From positions 1,634,735-1,698,734 of the forward strand of contig CP053449.1 of assembly GCA_013285465.1 (NCBI GenBank): a stretch of DNA of 64,000 bases, in the 5' to 3' direction. Every line of letters starts with the position of its first letter. The first letter of the stretch is position 1. Source of the stretch: Pseudomonadota bacterium (GTDB lineage: Bacteria > Pseudomonadota > Alphaproteobacteria > Micavibrionales > CSBR16-224). A program made the position numbers and the translations under genes. A model generated the notes under the pieces. The model had not been told where the DNA came from, ran no database searches, and saw only the letters and a list, made by a program, of their open reading frames with translations. Shown one piece after another: positions 10,054-19,360 of the stretch.

Positions 10054-10683
10054 ATGTCAAACACCATCGTACTCAAAAGACACAAGCATCATAAACAGCA
10101 GGATCAATACCATCACGGCGATTTGCGCCGTGCGCTGATCGAAGCAGGACTGCAAATGCTGGATTTCTACGGCACGGAAGGGTTAAGCCTGCGCCGCATT
10201 GCCAAATCGCTCAATGTCAGCCAGACCGCGATTTACAGCCATTTCAAAGACAAAACGGATTTGCTGGCCGCTTTGGCAGAGGTCGGTTTTCAGCAACTGG
10301 CACTGACCATGCTGCATAATGTGAAAGACCCCGCCAATGCGAAAAGACGCATTTTCGATCTGGCCGAAGGTTATATCGGCTTCGCACTGAAAAACAAGGC
10401 GGTGTTCAGCCTGATGTTCGGACGTGAACTGGCGGAGATCAAAAACTATCCGACGCTTGCCCTGACCGCAGGCAAAAGCTACGCATTGCTTTCCGCCGCC
10501 GTTGCCGACGGGCTGAAAAACAATCCGGCGGCCCCCAAACCTGTCGCGACAAACGCTTTGTGGAGTCTTGTCCACGGCACGGCTGTTCTGCTGGTGGATG
10601 GAAAACTGAAACTCGCGGAAACGGGGGATCTGTCCGGTTTCGTTGCAGACCAGCTGTCACCCATGATGGATATTTTTTCTTAG
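10054..10683 (+). CDS. TetR/AcrR family transcriptional regulator
   Basis: N-terminal HTH (LSLRRIAKSLNVSQTAIYSHFKDKTDLLAAL). About 200 aa. Divergent from add. Confidence 0.85.
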   Translation: MSNTIVLKRHKHHKQQDQYHHGDLRRALIEAGLQMLDFYGTEGLSLRRIAKSLNVSQTAIYSHFKDKTDLLAALAEVGFQQLALTMLHNVKDPANAKRRIFDLAEGYIGFALKNKAVFSLMFGRELAEIKNYPTLALTAGKSYALLSAAVADGLKNNPAAPKPVATNALWSLVHGTAVLLVDGKLKLAETGDLSGFVADQLSPMMDIFS

Positions 10684-10787
10684 ACCGCCCCTTCTTTTCA
10701 GTGCGGTGCTTTCCCATCCTTGAAAATTTACATATTTTACTGTAGATTGTCTTCTCTTACAATCAACTTGATGATGGAGACAGGATA

Positions 10788-10946
10788 ATGGCAAAACAAC
10801 CTTCCCTGATGGAGCGCTTTTTTGAACAGGCGCGCTATGCCCTCAAAAAAATGGGGGACGGCTTTGAGGCCGCGAATAAAGCGGAACACCCCTATACAAG
10901 ACAGCTTCCCGCGCCCACACCGCCCAAGCGAAAATACCCGCATTAA
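10788..10946 (+). CDS. Small hypothetical protein (52 aa), not in the supplied ORF track
   Basis: ATG at 10788 preceded by GGAGA 7 nt upstream. Translation is MAKQPSLMERFFEQARYALKKMGDGFEAANKAEHPYTRQLPAPTPPKRKYPH. It competes with the 71-aa minus-strand ORF 10737..10952, which lacks an RBS. Confidence 0.3.
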   Translation: MAKQPSLMERFFEQARYALKKMGDGFEAANKAEHPYTRQLPAPTPPKRKYPH

Positions 10947-10952
10947 AGACAA

Positions 10953-12239
10953 TCAAACCGGAAAATTTAAAACAGCACTGGCAATTCCCAGATAGACGAT
11001 GACACCTGTCACATCGGCAATGGATGTCACAAGCGGTGTGCTTGCCGTTGCCGGGTCAATTTCCAGCTTTGCCAGCAGGAAAGGCAGTGACAGACCGATC
11101 AAACTGCCGATCACGACAATCATGCACATGCTTAAGGCCACGACCAGCGCAATTTCCCAACCGCCTTTATAGTAACCGATCATCGCAACCGTTGCCGCCA
11201 TTGTCAGGCCGATTGCCAGCGAAACCAGCACTTCGCGCAGGACAAGCATACCCCAGTCTTTCATTTCAACATCACCTGTTGCCATCGCACGGATCATCAA
11301 TGTCGCAGACTGCGCCCCGGCATTCCCCGCGCTGCCGATCAGCATCGGCAGGAAGAAGACCAAAGGCAAATAGGCGGCAATCACATCTTCAAAATAATCA
11401 ATCCCCGCACCCGTGAAAATATTGACGAAAATCAGCAATAACAGCCATGTAACACGCTGGCGGTACAGTACGCTGATGGCGGCATCCCGCACTCCCGTGG
11501 CAAGCTTACCGATATGGGCCATTTTGTGAAAGTCTTCGGTTGCCTCTTCCTCGACAACATCCATCGCGTCATCATAGGTAACAATCCCGACCAGACGGTC
11601 GTTTTCATCCAGAACAGGCAAAGCCAGCGTATCATATTTCGCCACCTGCCGCGCCGCATCCTCCTGCGTGTCAAGAATACTCAGAGACGGGCTGCTGGTA
11701 TCCATGATCTCTTCGATTTTTTCATCGGGATCAGCAATAATCAGGCTTTTCAGGCTGACGGCTCCCAGCAGTTTACGCTGCTTATCCACGACATAGGAAC
11801 GGTAAATCGTTTCTTTATCAGGTGCCTCCAGACGCAGCTTATTCAACGCTTCTTCGGCGGTCCAGTCCGGGGACAGCACCGCATAATCCGATGTCATGAT
11901 CGCCCCTGCCGTGCCTTCGGGATAGGAAGAAAGGCGGCGGATATCTTCACGCTCGGCCTGACTCAAAGCCGGCATCAATGTGCGTTGCTCTTCCGGTGAC
12001 AGCTTGTTAAACAAATCCGCACGGTCATCGCCTGACATTTCCGTGATAATCCGTGCCAGTTCGCTGCGTTTCAGATAACGCGCCAGCGTCACCTGCGCAC
12101 TGATATCCAGATGTTCGAAAACCGTCGCCTGACGGTCAATGGGCAACAGCGACAAAATACGCCAGGCATCGCGGACGGGAACATCGCGCAAAATATCGAC
12201 CAAATCGGCGGCGTGCATATCCTCAACATGATCGCGCAA
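10953..12239 (-). CDS. mgtE: Magnesium transporter MgtE
   Basis: MgtE N-domain (HAADLVDILRDV), two CBS domains and the C-terminal TM domain with GNAGAQSATL and PLVTSIADVTGV motifs. TTG start at 12239 is preceded by GGAGGGAGAGG. Confidence 0.93.
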   Translation of the reverse strand: MRDHVEDMHAADLVDILRDVPVRDAWRILSLLPIDRQATVFEHLDISAQVTLARYLKRSELARIITEMSGDDRADLFNKLSPEEQRTLMPALSQAEREDIRRLSSYPEGTAGAIMTSDYAVLSPDWTAEEALNKLRLEAPDKETIYRSYVVDKQRKLLGAVSLKSLIIADPDEKIEEIMDTSSPSLSILDTQEDAARQVAKYDTLALPVLDENDRLVGIVTYDDAMDVVEEEATEDFHKMAHIGKLATGVRDAAISVLYRQRVTWLLLLIFVNIFTGAGIDYFEDVIAAYLPLVFFLPMLIGSAGNAGAQSATLMIRAMATGDVEMKDWGMLVLREVLVSLAIGLTMAATVAMIGYYKGGWEIALVVALSMCMIVVIGSLIGLSLPFLLAKLEIDPATASTPLVTSIADVTGVIVYLGIASAVLNFPV

Positions 12240-12510
12240 CCTCTCCCTCCCCGCGCATCGCGAGGATATTGAAAGGCTCTTTTTTTAAATTTTTTCGCGC
12301 CATAGTAACCTCAACACCTTTTTGAAGGTTTCTCTCTTTCCTTCTGTTTTTATTTGATTTTTGCCCCGATGAAGCGCGCCCAGACTACCTTATTTTCGCC
12401 GTCAACTCAACAAAAAAACCCGCGATGAATTTTGCACAAGCTTGTCCATACAAAGCAAAAGGACGTATAATAAAATGCCTTTCGCAAATCTCCGACCCCG
12501 GTAAAAACTT

Positions 12511-13845
12511 ATGCGCCCTTATTTTATTCATCAAAGCGTTTATGACGATGTTTTTACCTCGGACAAAAACTATTACCGCAAAACCACGAAACGTCTGCAA
12601 TTTCCGAAACTGACCGGTGAAAAGGATTACGACGTCATCATCGTCGGCGGCGGGTTGTCAGGTCTGGCCACAGCCTATTACCTTACGCAGAAACATGACC
12701 TAAAGACCGCCCTGTTTGAGCGCCATTTTATCGGATGGGGGGCATCAGGGCGGAATGGCGGACAAATCCTGCCCGGCTATATGGCGCCTGCGACGCGTAT
12801 GGTCCGGCGTTTCGGTTTTGAGAAAACAAGAAAGCTCTGGGAGATTTCCGTCACCGGCGTCAACAATATCCTGCGCCTGATCGACAGGCACAAAATTGAC
12901 TGCGATCTCGCCCCCGGTGCCGTAACGCCGATCCGCCCTGTTCATTACCATCTTCCTTCCATCGAAAAAGAAATGAAGCTGATGGAACGTCTTGGCAAAC
13001 CGCTGGAGCTTTATGATGCCGTCCGCACACAAGAGGCGCTGTCGAATACGGAGGATTACTACAGCGCAGCACTGGTCGATAAACACAACGCATGGCATTT
13101 CCATCCGCTGAAATATGCCAACGGGCTGGCAAAAATTATCGCGGAAAATGCCGATATTTATGAAGATACCTCTGTCATCGGTATTGATAATTCCAGCGGC
13201 AAAGTCACTGTTTTTACGCCGGAAGGGCGTGCAACGGCAAGCAATGTCGTGTTATGCGGCGATTCATATCTGGGGCAATTGGTGCCAAAACTGCGGCGCA
13301 AATATGTGCTGATCCGCAACGCCATGATCGCCACTGATAAGCTGCCTGCCAAGACAAATTTCATGCCTGAAAATCTGTGCGCCAGCGAATATGGCGGTGA
13401 CCTTCTCTTCTACCGGAAAACCGCAGATAACCGCTTGATGATCGGTGGCGGCGATGCCGTACAGCCGAATGCGCATATGATTACTTCGGAACAGAAAATC
13501 ATTGATGTCCTCAAAGACAGCATGAAAACCATTTTCCCGCAGATTGGTGATATCGGCATTCCCTATGTCTGGGGCGGTTATATCGGCGTCACGACAAGCT
13601 ATTTACCCTATACCGGCTGCATTGACGGCAATATCTATTATATGGGCGGTTATTCGGGGCATGGTGTGAATTTAACCCATGCTTTCGGACGCATTTTTGC
13701 TGAAGCCATTGTCGAAAACCGCGACACCACCGATACGGCGCTGGATCTGATCCGCAACATGTCTCTGCCCGGCAAGGGAGATTTTGATGTTTACCTTGCC
13801 CGTCTCGGCATGTTTCTGGAATCCGTCAAGCAGCGTTTTGATTAA
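12511..13845 (+). CDS. FAD-dependent oxidoreductase (DAO family, gamma-glutamylputrescine-oxidase-like)
   Basis: Rossmann motif DVIIVGGGLSGLATAY, then GWGASGRNGGQ, and C-terminal GGYSGHGVN. Paralog of 62175..63491. Confidence 0.85.
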   Translation: MRPYFIHQSVYDDVFTSDKNYYRKTTKRLQFPKLTGEKDYDVIIVGGGLSGLATAYYLTQKHDLKTALFERHFIGWGASGRNGGQILPGYMAPATRMVRRFGFEKTRKLWEISVTGVNNILRLIDRHKIDCDLAPGAVTPIRPVHYHLPSIEKEMKLMERLGKPLELYDAVRTQEALSNTEDYYSAALVDKHNAWHFHPLKYANGLAKIIAENADIYEDTSVIGIDNSSGKVTVFTPEGRATASNVVLCGDSYLGQLVPKLRRKYVLIRNAMIATDKLPAKTNFMPENLCASEYGGDLLFYRKTADNRLMIGGGDAVQPNAHMITSEQKIIDVLKDSMKTIFPQIGDIGIPYVWGGYIGVTTSYLPYTGCIDGNIYYMGGYSGHGVNLTHAFGRIFAEAIVENRDTTDTALDLIRNMSLPGKGDFDVYLARLGMFLESVKQRFD

Positions 13846-15574
13846 CCGCTTCATCTTCGTTGCGGAAATCCTCAATGATTTTATAAACCGCATCCGGCGG
13901 CATATTCAGACAATCCAGCAAGCGCCCTCCCATTTGTAGCGAGGCTTCCGTCACTTCCGGATAAACCGCCGTCGCCCCCGCCTGCGTCAATTGCTTTGCA
14001 TGGGCGGCATTATGTGCCCGCGCAATAATCGGCACAGCAGGAAGGCATTTATGGATGGACTGCACAATTTTTAAACAGGCTTTTTTGTCATGCACCGTTA
14101 CCACAGCGGCCCGCGCACGCTCGATGCCGATCAAGTCCAGCACCTGCTTTCTCTGCGCATCGCCAAAGAAGACCGGATGCCCCTTTCTATAAGCATCCCG
14201 CGCCACCGCACTATCGGAATCAACGGCAATATAAGGGATTTTCGCCTTATCCAGCATTTCTCCGAGGGTGCTGCCGACGCGGCCGTAACCGGCCAGCAAC
14301 ACATGGCCGCCGAATTCGCGCGTAATCTGGTCAGGAGACGGGGCATCTGTTTTATCTTTGTCCCGCAAATAGGCACCGGCCTTATAAGCCAGGCCATGCA
14401 TCAACGGCGTGACCAAAATCGAAAATCCTGCAACAATCATCATAAATTGCGCAACGCCTGCTTCCAGCAAAGACAGCTGCTCCGCCAGCCCCAAGGTGAT
14501 GAAGGCAAACTCCCCTGCCTGCCCCAGCATCAGACCGGCGGTGACGGCAGCGTAAAGCGGCAATCTGAAAATTTTACACAAGACGGTAATAATAACAGCC
14601 TTGATCGTGAACAGCCCCGCAACACTGACAAGCAGCCAGAAAAACGTGTCCTGCACTGCTGCGAAATTCAGCCCCATACCGACAGACATAAAGAACAGCC
14701 CCATCAAAAGCCCTTTGAACGGTTCGATATCCGCCTCTATCTGGTGACGGAATTCGGTTTCCGTCAAGGACAAGCCGGCCAAAAAGGCGCCGAGAGACAA
14801 AGTCAGCCCAGCAGCATGGGTCACATAAGAAGCGCCCAGCACGACAAGCAGAACAAGAGCGATAAACAACTCGGAAGATTTCGTCTTGCTCACAAATCCG
14901 AATAACGGCTGCAATGCGTATTTTCCGGCTATAAATATCGCGACAATAACCAGCCCGGCCTTTCCAAGGGAGAAAAACAGCGTTTCCCCCAGCGCTGCGC
15001 CATCGCCGGTCTGCGCCAGAAAACTGACCATCAAAATCAGCGGCACAACAGCCAGATCCTGCATCAGCAAGATCATAAAACCCGTTTGCCCGGGCAGTCC
15101 GGTAAATTGCTGCCTATCCGTCAAAAGCTTCATCACAACCGCAGTAGAAGATAAAGCCAGCGATGCCCCGATAATCAAGGAAACTGCCGGGCTATTCCCC
15201 CACAACAGCGCTACGCCCGTAATGGCGACAGCCGTTATAATAATCTGCAATGTGCCCAGACCAAACATCAACCGCCGCATCGACCAAAGCCGTTCCACAG
15301 AAAATTCAAGTCCGATAGAGAACAGCAGAAAGACGATGCCGAACTCGGCAAGCCCGTGGACGATGGCAGGGTTATCAATGGTGAAGGCTGATAAAAGCGG
15401 ATATCCTTCCGCAAAAGCGCCGATACCGTAAGGGCCGATCAATGCGCCGATAATGAGGTACCCGAGTACCGGATCAAGGCGGATTCTACCGAATGCGGGA
15501 ATCAATAAAGCCGACGCCCCCAGAAAAACCAGCACTTCGCGTAAAAAAGGAATATGAGCTTCCATGACGGTCAT
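13826..15574 (-). CDS. CPA2-family monovalent cation:proton antiporter with a C-terminal RCK/TrkA-N domain (KefB/KefC-like K+ efflux)
   Basis: About 12 TM segments with a Kef-type N-terminus (FLREVLVFLGASALLIPAFGRIRLDPVLGYLIIGALIGP). C-terminal GHVLLAGYGRVG Rossmann (RCK) motif. Confidence 0.88.
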   Translation of the reverse strand: MTVMEAHIPFLREVLVFLGASALLIPAFGRIRLDPVLGYLIIGALIGPYGIGAFAEGYPLLSAFTIDNPAIVHGLAEFGIVFLLFSIGLEFSVERLWSMRRLMFGLGTLQIIITAVAITGVALLWGNSPAVSLIIGASLALSSTAVVMKLLTDRQQFTGLPGQTGFMILLMQDLAVVPLILMVSFLAQTGDGAALGETLFFSLGKAGLVIVAIFIAGKYALQPLFGFVSKTKSSELFIALVLLVVLGASYVTHAAGLTLSLGAFLAGLSLTETEFRHQIEADIEPFKGLLMGLFFMSVGMGLNFAAVQDTFFWLLVSVAGLFTIKAVIITVLCKIFRLPLYAAVTAGLMLGQAGEFAFITLGLAEQLSLLEAGVAQFMMIVAGFSILVTPLMHGLAYKAGAYLRDKDKTDAPSPDQITREFGGHVLLAGYGRVGSTLGEMLDKAKIPYIAVDSDSAVARDAYRKGHPVFFGDAQRKQVLDLIGIERARAAVVTVHDKKACLKIVQSIHKCLPAVPIIARAHNAAHAKQLTQAGATAVYPEVTEASLQMGGRLLDCLNMPPDAVYKIIEDFRNEDEAVNQNAA

Positions 15575-15606
15575 TCTGTACGCGAAACCACCGCGCGGTC
15601 AAGTCT

Positions 15607-16665
15607 TTACGCCGCGATTGCAGGATAATCCGTATAGCCTTCCGCACCGCTGGCGTAGAACGTCTCCGGATTGGGTGCATTCAATGGCGTCTCCGCCGCG
15701 AAACGCTCCGCCAGATCGGGATTGGCGATATAGAGTTTGCCAAAAGCAATCGCATCCGCATCACCCTTTGCCAACAATGCCTCCGCGCTGTCCTTTGTGA
15801 AGCCCTCATTGGAAATGAAGACGCCGCCGAATTCTTTTTTCAGCACAGGTGAGATACTGTCCTCTGCCGCATATTCGCGGGTACAGATAAAAGCGATGTT
15901 CCGTTTTCCCAATGCGCGTGCAACATAAGAGAATGTTTCCAGTCTTGTGCTGTCGCCCATATCATGTGCATCCATACGCGGTGCAAGATGCATGCCGACG
16001 CGGTTTTTATCCCAAACTTCCAATACGGCATCCGTCACCTCCAGCATCAGGCGGGCACGGTTTTCAATGCTGCCGCCATAGCGGTCTTCCCGTTTATTGG
16101 TACTGTCCTGCAAAAACTGATCCAGCAGATAGCCGTTGGCACCGTGAATTTCCACACCGTCAAAACCGGCCGCTTTGGCATTTTCCGCCCCTTTTTTATA
16201 GGCGGCGACAATCGCCGGAATTTCATCAAGCTCCAATGCCCGCGGCGTTTCAAATTCCGTTTTCGGTCGTATCAGACTGACATGCCCTGCGGGTTTGACG
16301 GCACTGGGTGCAACGGGCAAAGCGCCATCCAGATAAGAGGAATGCGACACCCGTCCGACATGCCAAAGCTGCAGAAAAATACGCCCGCCTTTCGCATGCA
16401 CGGCTGATGTGATCTTTTTCCAGCCTTCCACCTGTGCCTCTGACCATATTCCCGGCGTATCGGGATAACCGACGCCCATCGGGTCAACCGATGTTGCTTC
16501 ACTGATAATCAGCCCCGCCCCTGCGCGCTGCGCATAATATTCCGCCATCAAATCATTCGGCACACGGCTGCCGTGATCGGCGCGGCAACGCGTCAAAGGC
16601 GACATGATAACGCGGTTCGGCAATTGCAAGTCACCCAATAGCAGCGGCTCCAGTAATTTTGACAT
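15607..16665 (-). CDS. Old Yellow Enzyme family NADH:flavin oxidoreductase (N-ethylmaleimide reductase-like)
   Basis: LLEPLLLGDLQLPNRVIMSPLTRCRA, LWHVGR, HGANGYLLDQFL. Start taken at the ATG at 16665, preceded by GGAGGAGGGGGA. The listed ORF extends to 16854. Confidence 0.9.
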   Translation of the reverse strand: MSKLLEPLLLGDLQLPNRVIMSPLTRCRADHGSRVPNDLMAEYYAQRAGAGLIISEATSVDPMGVGYPDTPGIWSEAQVEGWKKITSAVHAKGGRIFLQLWHVGRVSHSSYLDGALPVAPSAVKPAGHVSLIRPKTEFETPRALELDEIPAIVAAYKKGAENAKAAGFDGVEIHGANGYLLDQFLQDSTNKREDRYGGSIENRARLMLEVTDAVLEVWDKNRVGMHLAPRMDAHDMGDSTRLETFSYVARALGKRNIAFICTREYAAEDSISPVLKKEFGGVFISNEGFTKDSAEALLAKGDADAIAFGKLYIANPDLAERFAAETPLNAPNPETFYASGAEGYTDYPAIAA

Positions 16666-16756
16666 TCCCCCTCCTCCTTCTATAAATTTTATTGCATCAT
16701 AACCGGCTGGCAGTATATGGTATGTCACCTCATAAATATAACCTGCCGGACGGATA

Positions 16757-17209
16757 ATGAAACCGAATATGTTTCGCAAATTGATGAATCTGTGGCCGCC
16801 CTTTCTGGGAGCGGGCATCAAAGTCAAAAATATTGACCCTGATTTCACAACCATTGATGTCGAGTTGAAACAGCGTTTTTACAATAAAAACTATGTCGGC
16901 ACACATTACGGCGGCAGTCTGTTCTCGATGACCGACCCGTTTTACATGCTGATTTTGATGAAACAGCTGGGCAAAGATTATATTGTCTGGGACAAAAGCG
17001 CCAAAATTGATTTTAAAAAGCCCGGCAAGGGTAAACTGACCGCGCATTTCAATATCACGCAGAAGCAAGTTAAAGATATTAAAGATCAGGCCGACAAACA
17101 GAAAAAAGTCGAACCGAAATTCACCGTACAGGTTCTGGATGAAAAAGGTGATGTCGTTGCCGAAATCGAGAAAACCCTCCATGTCCGCAGAAAAAGCCCG
17201 AAACCGTGA
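16757..17209 (+). CDS. DUF4442 / hot-dog-fold thioesterase-like protein
   Basis: WPPFLGAGIKV ... NYVGTHYGGSLFSMTDPFYMLILM pattern, which I recall as typical of the DUF4442 (YiiD C-terminal-like) family. Confidence 0.7.
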   Translation: MKPNMFRKLMNLWPPFLGAGIKVKNIDPDFTTIDVELKQRFYNKNYVGTHYGGSLFSMTDPFYMLILMKQLGKDYIVWDKSAKIDFKKPGKGKLTAHFNITQKQVKDIKDQADKQKKVEPKFTVQVLDEKGDVVAEIEKTLHVRRKSPKP

Positions 17210-17475
17210 TGAGCTGGACGGTCTATATTCTTCAATGCGCGGATAACAGCCTCTACACCGGTATCACGAATGATCTGGATAGCCGCATTGCCGCCCATGA
17301 AGACGGCAGCGGTGCAAAATATACCAGAGGGCGCGGTCCCTTCCGCCTTGTTTACAGGGAAGATTGCGCCGACCGTAGCCACGCCTCGAAACGCGAGCGA
17401 GACATCAAAAGCCTCAGCCGCGATGAAAAACTGCAATTGCTGCACAGCATGGATGGCAAATCAATCCGGCTGTGA
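17206..17475 (+). CDS. GIY-YIG nuclease family protein (UPF0213-type, stand-alone)
   Basis: WTVYILQCADNSLYTGITNDLDSRIAAHEDG..AKYTRGRGPFRLVY. The start overlaps the previous stop as GTGATG. Confidence 0.85.
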   Translation: MMSWTVYILQCADNSLYTGITNDLDSRIAAHEDGSGAKYTRGRGPFRLVYREDCADRSHASKRERDIKSLSRDEKLQLLHSMDGKSIRL

Positions 17476-17482
17476 TATAAGC

Positions 17483-18670
17483 ATGGCTATGAATTCCGAT
17501 TATGATGTCATTATTATCGGCGCAGGTGCGGCAGGCATGATGTGCGCGATTGAAGCAGGCAAACGCGGACGGCGCGTCTGGCTGATCGACCATGCCAAAA
17601 AAATCGGCGAAAAAATCCGTATTTCCGGCGGCGGGCGCTGTAACTTTACCAATATCCATACCCGTCCTGACAATTTTTTGTCTGACAATCCGCATTTTTG
17701 CAAATCCGCCCTGACACAATATACCCAAAATGATTTTCTTCGCCTTGTGCAAAAACACGGCATTGCCTTCCATGAAAAAAAACTGGGGCAGTTGTTCTGC
17801 GATGACCGTGCACAGCAAATCATTGATATGCTGCTGACGGAATGTCGCGATGCCGGTGTAACCGTTGAAAAATCGACAAATGTGGAGAAAATTGAAAAAA
17901 CCGAGACCGGATATCTTCTGGCAACCGATCACGGCAAAAAATCCTGCACATCGCTTGTGATTGCAACGGGCGGGTTGTCGATTCCCAAAATAGGCGCTAC
18001 GAAATTCGGCTATGATGTCGCAAAGCAATTCGGGCTGAATGTTATCCCGACGCGTGCCGCGCTGGTTCCGCTGACCTTTCAGGCCGATTTGCTGGAAAAA
18101 TGCAAATCCTTAAGCGGCCTCTCCGTTGATGCCACTGTCACCTGCGGTAAAATCTCGTTTTCCGAAGGGTTGTTATTTACCCATCGCGGCTTAAGCGGCC
18201 CATCCATCCTGCAAATTTCCTCCTATTGGCGGGAAGGCGAAGACATCACCATCAATCTCGCCCCGGCTGCGGATAGTTACAAATTGCTAAAAGACGCAAA
18301 GCAAAACCAGCCGCGTCAGGATGTACAGACAATCCTGTCAGGTATTGTACCCGCCCGTCTGGCCGCTGCCATTTGCACGGAAAACAACATCACCGGGCGC
18401 ATTGCCGAGCTATCAGACAAAAAACTGGAACAGCTAAGTGCCGCCATACATGACTGGCGCATCAAACCAAGCGGCACGGAAGGCTACCGCACTGCCGAGG
18501 TCACGGCAGGCGGTGTGGATACAAATGAATTATCATCCAAAACCATGGAGGCAAAAAAGCAGCCGGGACTGTTTTTTATCGGTGAGGTTATTGATGTCAT
18601 CGGCCATCTGGGCGGCTTTAATTTTCAATGGGCCTGGTCTTCAGGCTATGTTGCCGGACAGTATGTCTAA
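17483..18670 (+). CDS. HI0933/YhiN-family NAD(P)/FAD-dependent oxidoreductase
   Basis: DVIIIGAGAAGMMCA, ISGGGRCNFTN, C-terminal GGFNFQWAWSSG. Start taken at the ATG at 17483. The listed ORF from 17270 overlaps the GIY-YIG gene. Confidence 0.88.
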   Translation: MAMNSDYDVIIIGAGAAGMMCAIEAGKRGRRVWLIDHAKKIGEKIRISGGGRCNFTNIHTRPDNFLSDNPHFCKSALTQYTQNDFLRLVQKHGIAFHEKKLGQLFCDDRAQQIIDMLLTECRDAGVTVEKSTNVEKIEKTETGYLLATDHGKKSCTSLVIATGGLSIPKIGATKFGYDVAKQFGLNVIPTRAALVPLTFQADLLEKCKSLSGLSVDATVTCGKISFSEGLLFTHRGLSGPSILQISSYWREGEDITINLAPAADSYKLLKDAKQNQPRQDVQTILSGIVPARLAAAICTENNITGRIAELSDKKLEQLSAAIHDWRIKPSGTEGYRTAEVTAGGVDTNELSSKTMEAKKQPGLFFIGEVIDVIGHLGGFNFQWAWSSGYVAGQYV

Positions 18671-18810
18671 GTGACATGCCGCCATAGCTTATCTTTTGCA
18701 TTCTCTCTGATATCCGCGTAAGATGGCTGCAGGAAAAAACATAAATGATTGCATAACGCAATTAATGATGCTTTCAAAGAAAAACAATTCCAATAAGCAA
18801 GTATCATTCC

Positions 18811-19266
18811 ATGGTCAAAAGAAATGAACATTCGAATCTGTCGCAGTGCCCTTTGGCCTGCGCGCTGGACATCCTTGGCGATCATTGGACATTGCTGATT
18901 ATCAGGAATCTGATGCTGTTCGGCTGCCATGAATATAAAGACATGCTCGCCATGCCAGAATCGATTTCCTCCAACATTCTGTCAAACCGCCTTAAAAAGC
19001 TGGAAAGTGTCGCCATTATTGCGTCGGCGCCGCATCCGGACAGCAAACGCCGGAAATTATATTACCTGACGGACAAAGGCAAAGATCTTGTTCACGCCAT
19101 TCTGGAGCTTGCCCGCTGGGCCAATCAACATATCGGTGACCGTACCTGCATTCCCGCAGCAGCACTACCGATCTTCGCGGCCTCCCGTGACGACGCCGCC
19201 CGCATGGTGCTGGAGAATCTCGCCGCCTGGGAGAGACAGAATCTTCCGCAAACAGAGAAGATCTAA
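18811..19266 (+). CDS. HxlR family transcriptional regulator
   Basis: CPLACALDILGDHWTLLIIRNL winged-helix signature. Confidence 0.85.
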   Translation: MVKRNEHSNLSQCPLACALDILGDHWTLLIIRNLMLFGCHEYKDMLAMPESISSNILSNRLKKLESVAIIASAPHPDSKRRKLYYLTDKGKDLVHAILELARWANQHIGDRTCIPAAALPIFAASRDDAARMVLENLAAWERQNLPQTEKI

Positions 19267-19360
19267 ATTACAATATCTGCCGCGAATGTAATGAAGATGC
19301 CGCCAAAACAGCGCAGGCAATCAGTATGCGTACAGCACGAGACTTCTTGTTTTCTGTATG

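Noticed and set aside
10737-10952. 71-aa minus-strand ORF in the tetR-mgtE gap.
   Set aside because: It has no RBS and its translation looks unremarkable. The 52-aa plus-strand ORF in the same interval has a good GGAGA RBS, so I reported that one instead, at low confidence.
12240-12420. Mg2+ riboswitch (M-box) or leader-peptide control upstream of mgtE. A 26-codon ORF (ATGGCGCGAAAA…TGA) overlaps the mgtE start.
   Set aside because: I could not recognise M-box conserved helices by eye. The short ORF has no clear RBS or proline/codon bias. A covariance-model scan (Rfam RF00380) would be needed to decide.
17206-17475. GIY-YIG protein as a homing endonuclease or mobile element.
   Set aside because: It is an 89-aa stand-alone UPF0213-type GIY-YIG protein that overlaps its neighbour's stop codon. 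There is no intron or intein context, no DNA-binding extension and no flanking repeats.
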